Positions 36,625 to 46,096 of a stretch of 64,000 nucleotides of DNA are shown here, one piece after another. Where the stretch lies: NCBI GenBank assembly GCA_965222115.1, contig CBDCTJ010000007.1, positions 2,848,001 to 2,912,000 on the forward strand, written 5' to 3'. The translations under genes were made by a program, and so were the position numbers. The stretch is from Planctomycetota bacterium. GTDB lineage: Bacteria; Planctomycetota; PLA2; JAEUHO01. The notes beneath the pieces were generated by a model, which saw only the letters and a program-made list of their open reading frames with translations, was not told where the DNA came from and searched no databases. Each line of letters begins with the position of its first letter. The stretch's first letter is position 1.

Positions 36625-39018
36625 TTATCCGGGTCGCAGTACGAGCGTAGTCCCATTAATGGGCGTATCGGTAAGACGCATTGGGATGCCGCGGTTGAGC
36701 AACCAGCGATGCGTCAAGTCGTTGTAATGACTGGATCCCGGACGCTCGGACTGGCCCCCGGGCATGATCATCGTGGCCTTGTTTGGCTGACCAAGATCAA
36801 CGACGAAACGCAACGACGCACCGGAATAGACGCGAGCGGGATTGGTGTGTCTGTACTGACCACTGCACACTGAAAACGGACCGCCGCCTAGTTCATAGGG
36901 ACCACGCGCATAGGCGCGGCGGGTCCACGGGGATCCAGACACCGGATGACTCAGCGTAAGTGCGTGCGCTTCCCCCCACCGAATACGCGTTGTGCCAAAC
37001 GTGCTTCGTAGCGACGTTTGCGCATCCGTCAACGCCTCGGCAAAGAGTGTGGACCGTACGTCTTCGGGAACCCAAGCACTTTGATCGGATTCAAAGGCTT
37101 CAAAGAGTGCGGCATGCACTAGATTGATGGATCCCATCCAGCGATTCAATACATAAGCACCCAGTCGCGGCTCAAACGTTCGTCGCACAAGATGGTGAAA
37201 CGTGAAGTGCCACAACGCAGCGTCGGTGGAAGCGACTCCTTCCACACCGTCCCACGCAATCAGTTGGTCCAAGGCGGAGGCCAGTCCGGGCACCTTGGCG
37301 CGCACATGCGGTGCCAGTGGCAGCAAGATTGACGAGCGGAAACGACGTACAGCGTGACTTACGTGATCCATCTGAATCGCCGCGAGACTCTTCTGGGTGT
37401 GTTGATGCTGGGAATCAAGTCGTTCAACGATTCGATCACTTCGATTCGCTGGTTCGTAGAGATGGCTAATGTAGGTTTCATAGTCCCCGGCAACGTGCGG
37501 TTGATTGGCCGACGCGCACACTTCGCTTTCGGTCACGTCCCACGCAGGCAGTGACGTTGCATCGACGTAGCCCATCCAATCGCTCTTCCGAGTTGTGCCG
37601 TCTCGCGGCAACGCCGGATGCGCTGGTGCTCCATGACCACGCATGGCGCGTCGTGGCACCCGGCCAACCAGTCGGTAGTGCGCACGCCCCTCCACATCGG
37701 CCAAAAGCAGATTTTGTGCCGGGGAGCCATAGTCAAGGAAGGCCTCACGCGCCTCATCAACGGAGCGAGCGCGACCAAGCGCAAGGAATGCCTCGACGTC
37801 ACGACTGGGTTCCGTCATAGCGAACCGAATGGAATAGTGGGGTCCACCGGATTGTCCGTAGGCATCACTCAATAGGGGCCCGCGATGCGTGTACCGTTGT
37901 CGATAGACGTTGGGCGCGCCTCCCTTGCGCTCGATACGTTTCGTTTCGACGCGCAGCCGCTGCCATTTGCCGTCTAGGCGGTAACGCGTTCCGGCCGTAT
38001 CGAGTTCTTCTATCCAGAGATCGGCGTCGTCCACCATCGCATTGGTCACACCCCACGCAATCGTGTTCGTGCGCCCAAGAACAACGCCAGGTACACCGGG
38101 AATCGACGCGCCCACGGCACGGTACGTGTCGCCTCGAACACTCGACAGGTACCAAATGCTGGGCAGTCCAAGCTCTAGATGTGGATCGTTCGCGAGTATA
38201 GGCGCACCCGAAGTACTCCGCGCGCTGCCCACCATGAACGCATTGCTACCGCGCATCGCAATATGATGGGGCCCAAAAATCGGCACGCGCGAGCGCGCTG
38301 GGCTCGTGAGCCGCAGCATGGCTTCTTGTTCAAAGTTGCTGGCGTCAGGAAGCAACTCGCCCAATCGCCGTGGGTTGTCGCTCAAACGCTCGGCAACTGC
38401 GTGAAACACCTGCGCCGTCTGCCACTTGAACGAAAGCATCAACGCCATCGCCTTCGTGATGAGAATCGAGTCAACTGGCGTCCATGGCCGTATGCGCAAC
38501 TTCAGTAAGCGCATGGCAGGCGACGGGTGACGACGCAGTCGCCTCGCGGCGGCGTTTACCCCTTCCGCGTAGGCTTGGAGGAGGCCCTGCGCTTCCGCGC
38601 TCAACATGTCAAACGAGCCGCGTGCCGAAGCAACAAGTCCAATGCCGCGCATAAATCGGTCGCTGTCCACGCTGGTTTGACCGCGTGAAAAGGGCAGGGC
38701 CACATCACGATCGCCAATGGTGGCTGCGAGCCGACCGCGCAGGACCCGTCGCAACATATCCATTTGCACGTAGCGATCCAACGCGTGGCAATATCCGTGC
38801 GCTCGCATCGCGTCGGCGTCGGACGTTGCACGAATGTGGGGAACGCCATGCGCGTCTCGCGAGATGCTGGCCTCGTCGGTGAGTCCACGCAGTCGTGTTT
38901 CGCTACCATGCGGCCATGGACTTCGCCGCCCACCTGCATCGACAACCATCTTGATGAGCCGCCCACCGATGGCGTCCTTCAAGCGCCAAGTGAGCGGACG
39001 TTTATTACGCTGGGGCAC
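36625..39018 (-). CDS. Penicillin acylase family protein (Ntn hydrolase, S45)
   Basis: RDAHGVPHI, GSNAF (catalytic Ser), ANDPHL, HRGP and PGGQS. Confidence 0.92.
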   Translation of the reverse strand: MPQRNKRPLTWRLKDAIGGRLIKMVVDAGGRRSPWPHGSETRLRGLTDEASISRDAHGVPHIRATSDADAMRAHGYCHALDRYVQMDMLRRVLRGRLAATIGDRDVALPFSRGQTSVDSDRFMRGIGLVASARGSFDMLSAEAQGLLQAYAEGVNAAARRLRRHPSPAMRLLKLRIRPWTPVDSILITKAMALMLSFKWQTAQVFHAVAERLSDNPRRLGELLPDASNFEQEAMLRLTSPARSRVPIFGPHHIAMRGSNAFMVGSARSTSGAPILANDPHLELGLPSIWYLSSVRGDTYRAVGASIPGVPGVVLGRTNTIAWGVTNAMVDDADLWIEELDTAGTRYRLDGKWQRLRVETKRIERKGGAPNVYRQRYTHRGPLLSDAYGQSGGPHYSIRFAMTEPSRDVEAFLALGRARSVDEAREAFLDYGSPAQNLLLADVEGRAHYRLVGRVPRRAMRGHGAPAHPALPRDGTTRKSDWMGYVDATSLPAWDVTESEVCASANQPHVAGDYETYISHLYEPANRSDRIVERLDSQHQHTQKSLAAIQMDHVSHAVRRFRSSILLPLAPHVRAKVPGLASALDQLIAWDGVEGVASTDAALWHFTFHHLVRRTFEPRLGAYVLNRWMGSINLVHAALFEAFESDQSAWVPEDVRSTLFAEALTDAQTSLRSTFGTTRIRWGEAHALTLSHPVSGSPWTRRAYARGPYELGGGPFSVCSGQYRHTNPARVYSGASLRFVVDLGQPNKATMIMPGGQSERPGSSHYNDLTHRWLLNRGIPMRLTDTPINGTTLVLRPG

Positions 39019-39031
39019 CCGCGCTGCGTTT

Positions 39032-40465
39032 CTATTCGTTGTGCCACGTGGCGCCGATGTCGCGATACTTCTTTAGCCGCTCTCGAAACATCTCTTTGAT
39101 GCGTTTCATAACCGCCTCGGTCTTCCCCTCAAACACCAGCACCAATTCCGGAAGGTTCGACGAGGGTCGCACGAGTCCCCACCCATCGGGGAACTGCACG
39201 CGCGCGCCATTGATAGTGTTCACCGCTTCTCCGAACTCGCCCACAAGATCCTCAACAACTTGTTTCATGACGTCGTATTTGACTTCGTCCGCACAATCCA
39301 CGTGAATTTCATTGCTCGTCACATACTGCGGTGCGTCCGCTAGCATCTCGGCAAGTGGCTTCCCGGCGTCGACCACCGCTTCCGCAAGTTTCAGCCCAGC
39401 AAACAAGCCGTCGTCGTAGCCGTGAAAGCCCGCACGCACAAAAATATGTCCACTGCGCTCGCCCGCGAGTGGCGCATCCATTTCGATCATCTTCGATTTG
39501 ATGTAGGAGTGCCCCGTCTTCCACATCACGGGTCGTCCGCCATGGGCAACGATGTCGTCAATCAAGGCTTGACTGCACTTGACGTCGAACACAATCGGTG
39601 CACCGGGCTGATCTGCCACAATCGGGCGCGCCAAAATCATCAAGACGCGATCCGACATGACGTCATTGCCTAGATGATCTTGCACACCCAAGCGATCTCC
39701 GTCTCCGTCAAACGAAAAGCCGAGGTCGGCGTTTGATTCGCGCACCGCCTTGCGGATGGCCTCACGGGCCTTCACATCCGATGGATTGGGAAAATGATTT
39801 GGGAAGTCGGCATTGGGTTCGCAAAATAGCGGCACCACCTCGCACCCCGCACGCTCAAATACCTCTTGGCAGAAGTACGCTGCCGTGCCATTGCCCGGAT
39901 CCAGCACGATCTTGAGCGGGCGACCGATATTGACGCGCTTGACCATGTCGCTGATGTAGGCCTCGCGAATGTCGTAGGTTTCGACGTCGCCCTCGCCGCT
40001 TCTGAACGATCCTTCGGTGCAAATGCTTTGAAGCCGCTCAATATCCGGCCGTAGCAATGTCTGAACGTAGTTGAGCGACATTTTGAGCCCGCTCCAGCCT
40101 TGTGGATTGTGACTCGCGGTAATCATGACACCTGCTTGGCAGTCCAAGTGAATCGTGGCGAAGTAAAGCGTGGGCGACAAGCCACACCCAATATCGATGG
40201 CATGAATGCCCGTAGCCACGAGGCCCTCCACAAAGCAGTCCCGCAAGCGTGCGCTGTAGTGGCGCAGATCGTGACCCACAACCACTTTGGTCAACCCGCG
40301 CTCTTGCGCCAACGTACCAAAGCCTTTGCCGAGCGAGCGCATACCGTCGTCGCTCAGTTCATTTTGAATGTCGGGGAAATACTCAGGAACGCGGCCGCGA
40401 ACATCGTATTCGCGAAACATGGTTGGGTTCATGGCGGGGGGCGTCGAAGGTGCCGAAGATGTCAC
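39032..40465 (-). CDS. Phosphomannomutase/phosphoglucomutase
   Basis: FREYDVRG, TASHNP, FDGDGDR and GERSGH. Confidence 0.95.
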   Translation of the reverse strand: MTSSAPSTPPAMNPTMFREYDVRGRVPEYFPDIQNELSDDGMRSLGKGFGTLAQERGLTKVVVGHDLRHYSARLRDCFVEGLVATGIHAIDIGCGLSPTLYFATIHLDCQAGVMITASHNPQGWSGLKMSLNYVQTLLRPDIERLQSICTEGSFRSGEGDVETYDIREAYISDMVKRVNIGRPLKIVLDPGNGTAAYFCQEVFERAGCEVVPLFCEPNADFPNHFPNPSDVKAREAIRKAVRESNADLGFSFDGDGDRLGVQDHLGNDVMSDRVLMILARPIVADQPGAPIVFDVKCSQALIDDIVAHGGRPVMWKTGHSYIKSKMIEMDAPLAGERSGHIFVRAGFHGYDDGLFAGLKLAEAVVDAGKPLAEMLADAPQYVTSNEIHVDCADEVKYDVMKQVVEDLVGEFGEAVNTINGARVQFPDGWGLVRPSSNLPELVLVFEGKTEAVMKRIKEMFRERLKKYRDIGATWHNE

Positions 40466-40487
40466 AAAGATGCCTCGCTGGCGGGGT

Positions 40488-41507
40488 TTAGAGTTTCTCG
40501 TCGCGGTCAGACGTCAATCCAGCCTGAACCAAGCTATGAACATGCAACATGCCCACAACGCAGCCCGCATCATCCACCACGGGCAGCAAGAAAATGGGGC
40601 GTGGCTTGTGGCCTTCCATCATTTTCAGCGCATCAATGGCAAGCGTATCGTGACCCACCGAAGTTGGATCCTTGGTCATCAATGTGGAGATGGGACGATC
40701 AAGCAACGTGGACACATCGCCCCGCGCCACATGCAACGCGCGTCGCACATCACCGTCGGTAAGCAACCCGACCAACTGGCGGCGTTCGTCGATGATCGAA
40801 ACACCGCCAAGCGTATTACGGGTCACGACGTCGAGCGCTTCTCGAAACGTCGCGTTCTTGCCGATGGTCGGGTTCGTATGGTCGCCACGCAGCAAATCCA
40901 TGACACGTAGTGTGAGTTTCGTGCCAATGGCTCCACGCGGATGAAATAGGCGGTATTCACCCGCGCCGAACCCACGCACGTGCATGAGTGCCACCGTGAG
41001 TGCATCACCCAATGCGAGCGTCAGGATGGAAGACACGGTAGGCACCAAACCGGTGTCGTCGGCTTCTCGAAACTCGCCCCAGTCCAACGTCACATCCGCG
41101 GCTCGCCCTAATGCACTGTCAGCGACTCCGGTAAGCGCGATCACCTTGGCACCGAGATTGCGCATGACGGGTACGAGTTCAATGACTTCCCGCGTGGTTC
41201 CTGAGTTGCTGATCGCGATAACGACGTCTCGAGAGGTCACAATGCCCACGTCGCCGTGAAAACCCTCGGCGGGATGTAGAAACGAGGCCGGCGTACCCGT
41301 GGATACCATGGTGCTGGCAATCTTGCGCCCCACATGGCCCGACTTGCCCATGCCACACAGGATGACGCGTCCCTCACAGCCCAAGAGCAGTGACACCGCC
41401 TCTTCGAGTGACGCGCGCAGCGCCGGCATACGAGAAACGAGCTTAGCAAGTGCTTCGCTCTCCTGCTGCACGACATGGAGCGCGGTCTTGTAGGCGTCGC
41501 CGTTCAT
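40488..41507 (-). CDS. kdsD: KpsF/GutQ family arabinose-5-phosphate isomerase (SIS + CBS)
   Basis: GMGKSGHVGRKIAST, HPAEGFHGD, ISNSG, GDAL and FHP; CBS pair. Confidence 0.9.
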   Translation of the reverse strand: MNGDAYKTALHVVQQESEALAKLVSRMPALRASLEEAVSLLLGCEGRVILCGMGKSGHVGRKIASTMVSTGTPASFLHPAEGFHGDVGIVTSRDVVIAISNSGTTREVIELVPVMRNLGAKVIALTGVADSALGRAADVTLDWGEFREADDTGLVPTVSSILTLALGDALTVALMHVRGFGAGEYRLFHPRGAIGTKLTLRVMDLLRGDHTNPTIGKNATFREALDVVTRNTLGGVSIIDERRQLVGLLTDGDVRRALHVARGDVSTLLDRPISTLMTKDPTSVGHDTLAIDALKMMEGHKPRPIFLLPVVDDAGCVVGMLHVHSLVQAGLTSDRDEKL

Positions 41508-41567
41508 GGGCAGGAGCATACGGGGGCCGCACGCCTTTGCCTCGATCAATGACTTCGAAGCACTCCA

Positions 41568-44096
41568 TTGTCGCCATGCGTGGCCAATCACGCCGCCGTG
41601 CGTCATGAAGGGAGCGCGGGCTCCAGAGCTTGCCCCGATCCCATGAATTCCCCCACACCATCACAGCGCCTTGCGCGGGCCTTACGCAGCACCACGTATC
41701 GCCCCTCCTTCGTGGCCATCGGGCACAGCGTGCGGCACCACCTCAAACGGCGCGCCCCGGCCCTTTTGGTGGTACTCGTGAGCATTGTGATGGGCAGGAG
41801 CATCGCCCACACGCCATTCCATGTTGTCGCGCCTGCAGGCATCGCGATATTGCTCACTATCCCGCGCGCTCGCACGCCGGCGCTTGCGCTCGCTTTGGGG
41901 CTGCTCAACGTCGGTGGCCCCAGCAATGTACACGTGCACGCTTTCGAAACGCCCGGCATCTACGTCTTGCGAGGACAAGTAGGACGCACGTTGTGGTCGG
42001 GTTTTGGTGGGCAGACGCTTCTGCTCCACGCCGATTCGATTGGCGAGCGCCCGTTCGAACCCCCAATCGATGTACACCTCACGACACCGCGACCACGATT
42101 TGGCGCGCGCGATCTCATGCTGGGCAATCGCGTGTCGGTAGAAGCGTTCATTCGAACGAAGCGCACGGATCGTGGTGTGCAGCTGCGCGCCATCTGTAAG
42201 AACTTGCGGAGCATTCGAAAGCTAGAGGTCGCGCCTCCCTTGCCATGGACGGTCCACACGTTGCGCCGCTCCTGCGCTCGGCGTATCGCACGTTGGTTAC
42301 CGCGTGATCAAGCAGCACTTGCAGCTGCACTTACCGTGGGACGCCGACACGAACTCAATCCCCACGTGCGTTCTCTCTTTCGAACAACCGGCCAAGCCCA
42401 CCTGCTCGCGGTGTCGGGACTTCATGTGGGACTCGTACTTGGAACGCTATTGATCGTATTGAGGTTCCTGCGTGTTCCCGGCACATGGCAGTGGACTGCG
42501 GTCATAGTTTCGATGGCGCTTTACGTGCCGCTCACGGGTCCTGCACCTTCGGCCATGCGCGCCGGGCTTGGCGCCGCATCATATGCACTCGCACGATTGC
42601 TTGGTGTGCGACTCGGTGGCTGGCGTGTATTGCTCGGTGTGGGCACACTGGTGTGTGCATTGGATCCGGGCGCCGCATCGGAATTGTCGCTACACCTTTC
42701 GTTTTCCGCAGTGGCGGGCATCCTATGGCTCACGCCGGTCTTCGAACGCTGGTTGGTGGGTCCAAGCGTCGTGGCCCATCCCGTCCTGCAAATCAAGCGC
42801 GCCCCCATTCGGCGACTCCTATGTGTTTCGTTGGCGGCTTGGCTCGCCACATTGCCCTGGGTTGCGCTCCATATGGGTCGTCTTGCGCCAGCAGGGCCCT
42901 GGGCGTCTGTGCTCACCATTCCGCTCACGGCCATGCTCCTCACCCTTGCATTGCTAGTCGCCGTATTCGCCGACATCGCACCGCTCGCTTACGTCTGTGG
43001 CTCACTGTTTCAAGGTGCCTATGAACTACTGACGAGTGCCATGCGTGGCATTCTGGAACTCGGTTGTGGCTCGGTGGCGGTCGGGCCACCATCGCTTCTC
43101 TGGATCGCGGCGTACATCGCGCTACTGCTCTCGATTCCGTTTGTTCCCTACCGATGGCGATACAGGGTGCTGCTCGTGATGGTGCTACTTGTTGGTTCCC
43201 TCGTTCTCATCAGTACCCCTGAAGAGGAGCAGGTCATAGCAACCTCGCACGCCGCCCTCTACCATGAGTCCGTCAACGGCGCACTGACTCGCGCATCGAA
43301 TAGTACGGAGGCGTTTATCTCGCTGAGCTCAACGATTTCATCTCCAGGACTACTGAGCCTATATGCCGTTCTGCTCGCCCTGCTTGCCTTCGCCAGCTGT
43401 CGATGGACTCAATGGCTCACGCGTGGCGGCGCTGTGCTTGCGTTTGCGCTGGGCATAGTGACGACGTGGCGCTTGGGACACGCCGGACTTGGCGTACTCA
43501 TGCTCGCGTTCTTTGTGGGCACGCTATTGTCGAAATTGCCGGGGGGCTCAACGGAGAGTCGCGGCCCACGAACATGGAAGCAAGTGGCGGCCAACGGCCT
43601 AGCACCGGCACTTGGTTGCCTGATTCACGCGCTTGGGCATCCCCACGTGGGTACGCCGTTCTTCCTGGGAGGCGTCGCCTTCCTCGCCGCCGACACCAGT
43701 GCAACCGAACTGGGGACGCGCTTCGGCGGGACGCCTCGCCACGTACTTTCTGGCGCGCAACTCGACGTGGGGCGCTCAGGCGGCGTGTCCTTGATGGGGC
43801 TCATGGCCTCCGCCTTCTTTGCCACGCTGGTCGCATGTGTGTGGGCGGGCTTCACATCGTCGATTTCACCCGCCACCATCGGCGCGGTGTCCGGAGCCGG
43901 CACTGTGGGCGCAGTCACCGACAGCCTGCTTGGAGGCACGGTCCAGTTCGTGGGCCGTGACTCCAAGACGGGCGAACTGGTTGAATCCGGCGCCGGCGAA
44001 ACCGTTCGGGGAGTGCGCATCGTCAACAACGACATGGTGAATTGCATGGCCGGGGTGGCCGCTGGGTGGCTCGCCGTGGCCTTGATGCCTGCGTAG
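41568..44096 (+). CDS. comEC: ComEC/Rec2 competence protein fused in frame to a DUF92 domain
   Basis: HLLAVSGLHVG, PSAMRA and LSFSAV (ComEC); QVAANG, ADTSATELG, SGGVSLMG, DSLLGGTVQ and NNDMVN (DUF92); start uncertain. Confidence 0.82.
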   Translation: MSPCVANHAAVRHEGSAGSRACPDPMNSPTPSQRLARALRSTTYRPSFVAIGHSVRHHLKRRAPALLVVLVSIVMGRSIAHTPFHVVAPAGIAILLTIPRARTPALALALGLLNVGGPSNVHVHAFETPGIYVLRGQVGRTLWSGFGGQTLLLHADSIGERPFEPPIDVHLTTPRPRFGARDLMLGNRVSVEAFIRTKRTDRGVQLRAICKNLRSIRKLEVAPPLPWTVHTLRRSCARRIARWLPRDQAALAAALTVGRRHELNPHVRSLFRTTGQAHLLAVSGLHVGLVLGTLLIVLRFLRVPGTWQWTAVIVSMALYVPLTGPAPSAMRAGLGAASYALARLLGVRLGGWRVLLGVGTLVCALDPGAASELSLHLSFSAVAGILWLTPVFERWLVGPSVVAHPVLQIKRAPIRRLLCVSLAAWLATLPWVALHMGRLAPAGPWASVLTIPLTAMLLTLALLVAVFADIAPLAYVCGSLFQGAYELLTSAMRGILELGCGSVAVGPPSLLWIAAYIALLLSIPFVPYRWRYRVLLVMVLLVGSLVLISTPEEEQVIATSHAALYHESVNGALTRASNSTEAFISLSSTISSPGLLSLYAVLLALLAFASCRWTQWLTRGGAVLAFALGIVTTWRLGHAGLGVLMLAFFVGTLLSKLPGGSTESRGPRTWKQVAANGLAPALGCLIHALGHPHVGTPFFLGGVAFLAADTSATELGTRFGGTPRHVLSGAQLDVGRSGGVSLMGLMASAFFATLVACVWAGFTSSISPATIGAVSGAGTVGAVTDSLLGGTVQFVGRDSKTGELVESGAGETVRGVRIVNNDMVNCMAGVAAGWLAVALMPA

Positions 44097-44196
44097 CCCT
44101 CGCACCGCCCAAGAAAACTCGCGCAGACCGAGAAAAGGTCCCCAGAGGCCTGCAAATGGGCGAAGGTCGGCCTGCCCAGGACCGATTCAACGGCAT

Positions 44197-45771
44197 ATGT
44201 GGGTCCCCGACCGTGCCCTGACTTCCGCGCCCGCGCTGCAGCCTGGTCTCGGTTTGCCCAGATTACACATCCTCGTCGTAGACGATGAGGACGCCACGCG
44301 AACATTCCTCGCCGAAGCGCTCACGCGCGACGGCCACGATGTGGTGCTCGCCGGTTCCGGTGAAGAGGCGCTCGGCAAGATCCGCCGCGGCAAATTCGAT
44401 GTGGTCCTCACGGACTTGACGATGCCCGGCATGTCGGGCCTCAAGCTTTGCAGCACGACACGATCCATGCGCCCGCACACGGCCATCATCTTGATGACGT
44501 CAACGGGAACAACGGAAACCGCCGTCGAGGCGATGCGTGCCGGTGCGGATGACTTCCTCACCAAACCGTTCGCACTCGACCGCTTGCGCGATCAACTGCA
44601 GCGCGTTACCGACGCCCATCGCGGTCATCGGTCGTCGCGAGTGCAACAAACGCGTGTGCGCGAGGAAGCCGATAGCCTCCGCGCGCGAAGCCTTCGTGCC
44701 GAACGCGACCTTGCGGAAGCACAGGGCGCCCTCGCCGCGTATCGAAGCAACTTGGAAAAGCGCTCGCATGACTTGAATTTCGTTCGGCGGATGACTGCGA
44801 TGTTGTCTCATTCGAGCGAATCCGAAACCATGCTTGCCGATCTGGCCAAAATGATTGCCGATCGCTTCGGTGCGCTCGCCGTTCGTATCGAGGCCGACTT
44901 AGGTGATGGCGTACAAACGATTGAAAGTGGCGAGGACCCGACTAGCGCCGCCGTATTGAACTCCATGGGTGTTGATCTCTTACAAGCCGCATCGCGCAAT
45001 ACAGATGCGGTCGTTGTCGATTCCGTGCTTGGTAAGAATCAGCCGCTGCAAGTCATGGCCGCATCGGTGCGGTTGGCGGAACGCGATCTCGGCGCCATGT
45101 TCCTCGTCCGCGAACCCCAAGACGAAGACGACGCCCGCGGCGATCGCTTTCTCTTCGCGCTTCTTCCGCAAGCACTCAGCGTTTCGTTGAGCGCCGAAAT
45201 TCACCGCCGCTCCGCCCGCCTGAGCGCCATTCGAGTCTCCGAAGGCATCTTGGATGCCCTTGAAACCCGCGGCACGCTCTACCGCGGTCACGCCAAGCGT
45301 GCGGCGCGCGTGGCCACCGTTATTGCCGAACAGCTCGGCCTGTCCACGCGTGAGATTCGGTTCATTTCCCTTGCTGCGCGGCTACACGATGTGGGCAAAG
45401 TCAGCCTCCCCGATGGCGTGCTTCAACGCGCGGGTCCCCTCACCGAAGCCGAGCGTCGCGTACTCCAGATGCACCCGGTTGTTGGCGCACGGATCTTGGC
45501 CCCCTTCTCCGAAGCCGCGCTCTTTGTCCGTCATCACTGCGAGCGGCCAGACGGTCTCGGCTACCCCGACGGACTTCGGGGCGACGAAATCCCACTCGGC
45601 GCAGGCATCGTCGGTCTTGCCGGTGCCTACAACGCCATCATCAATCCCCGGCCCTACAAGTCGTCTCGCTCGCGCCGCGAAGCACTCGATGAAATTGTCT
45701 CCCATCGCGGCACCCAGTTCGTGCCTTCGGCGGTGGATGCACTTATTGCTGCGCCAAGGGAGCAGTTATAG
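44197..45771 (+). CDS. Response regulator with REC, coiled-coil, GAF-like and HD-GYP domains
   Basis: VVDDE, TDLTMP and KP; LHDVGK, HHCERPDGLGYPDG and RPYK; the start may be about 20 codons downstream. Confidence 0.88.
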   Translation: MWVPDRALTSAPALQPGLGLPRLHILVVDDEDATRTFLAEALTRDGHDVVLAGSGEEALGKIRRGKFDVVLTDLTMPGMSGLKLCSTTRSMRPHTAIILMTSTGTTETAVEAMRAGADDFLTKPFALDRLRDQLQRVTDAHRGHRSSRVQQTRVREEADSLRARSLRAERDLAEAQGALAAYRSNLEKRSHDLNFVRRMTAMLSHSSESETMLADLAKMIADRFGALAVRIEADLGDGVQTIESGEDPTSAAVLNSMGVDLLQAASRNTDAVVVDSVLGKNQPLQVMAASVRLAERDLGAMFLVREPQDEDDARGDRFLFALLPQALSVSLSAEIHRRSARLSAIRVSEGILDALETRGTLYRGHAKRAARVATVIAEQLGLSTREIRFISLAARLHDVGKVSLPDGVLQRAGPLTEAERRVLQMHPVVGARILAPFSEAALFVRHHCERPDGLGYPDGLRGDEIPLGAGIVGLAGAYNAIINPRPYKSSRSRREALDEIVSHRGTQFVPSAVDALIAAPREQL

Positions 45772-45984
45772 CGAGGCCGCGCGTGTTCTCAGTCCTTTCA
45801 TGACGTGCTTGAGAACAATGACCACGTCCACCCATCGATGCGCACCCTTCGAAGCGCACTGCGCGGATCAAAGATCCGCCTGTGCTTACTCAGGGTCTTC
45901 GCGCAAATGGCAAGGCCATTTGCTCTTGACGCCCACGGACCAGCGCGACTCGACTATCGGACGCTCACACTTGAATCCGGGTTT

Positions 45985-46016
45985 CGGGTGACGGGTGACG
46001 GGTGACGGGTGACGGG
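45985..46016 (+). repeat. Heptamer tandem repeat (CGGGTGA)4 + CGGG
   Basis: Directly visible in the intergenic gap between convergent genes. Confidence 0.92.
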
Positions 46017-46096
46017 AATACAATCGTTGAATCGCGCACGAAGCAAGCAAATCTAACCAGCACTTCCTCGCGAAACGCGTCCATCTGCTCTTTGAG

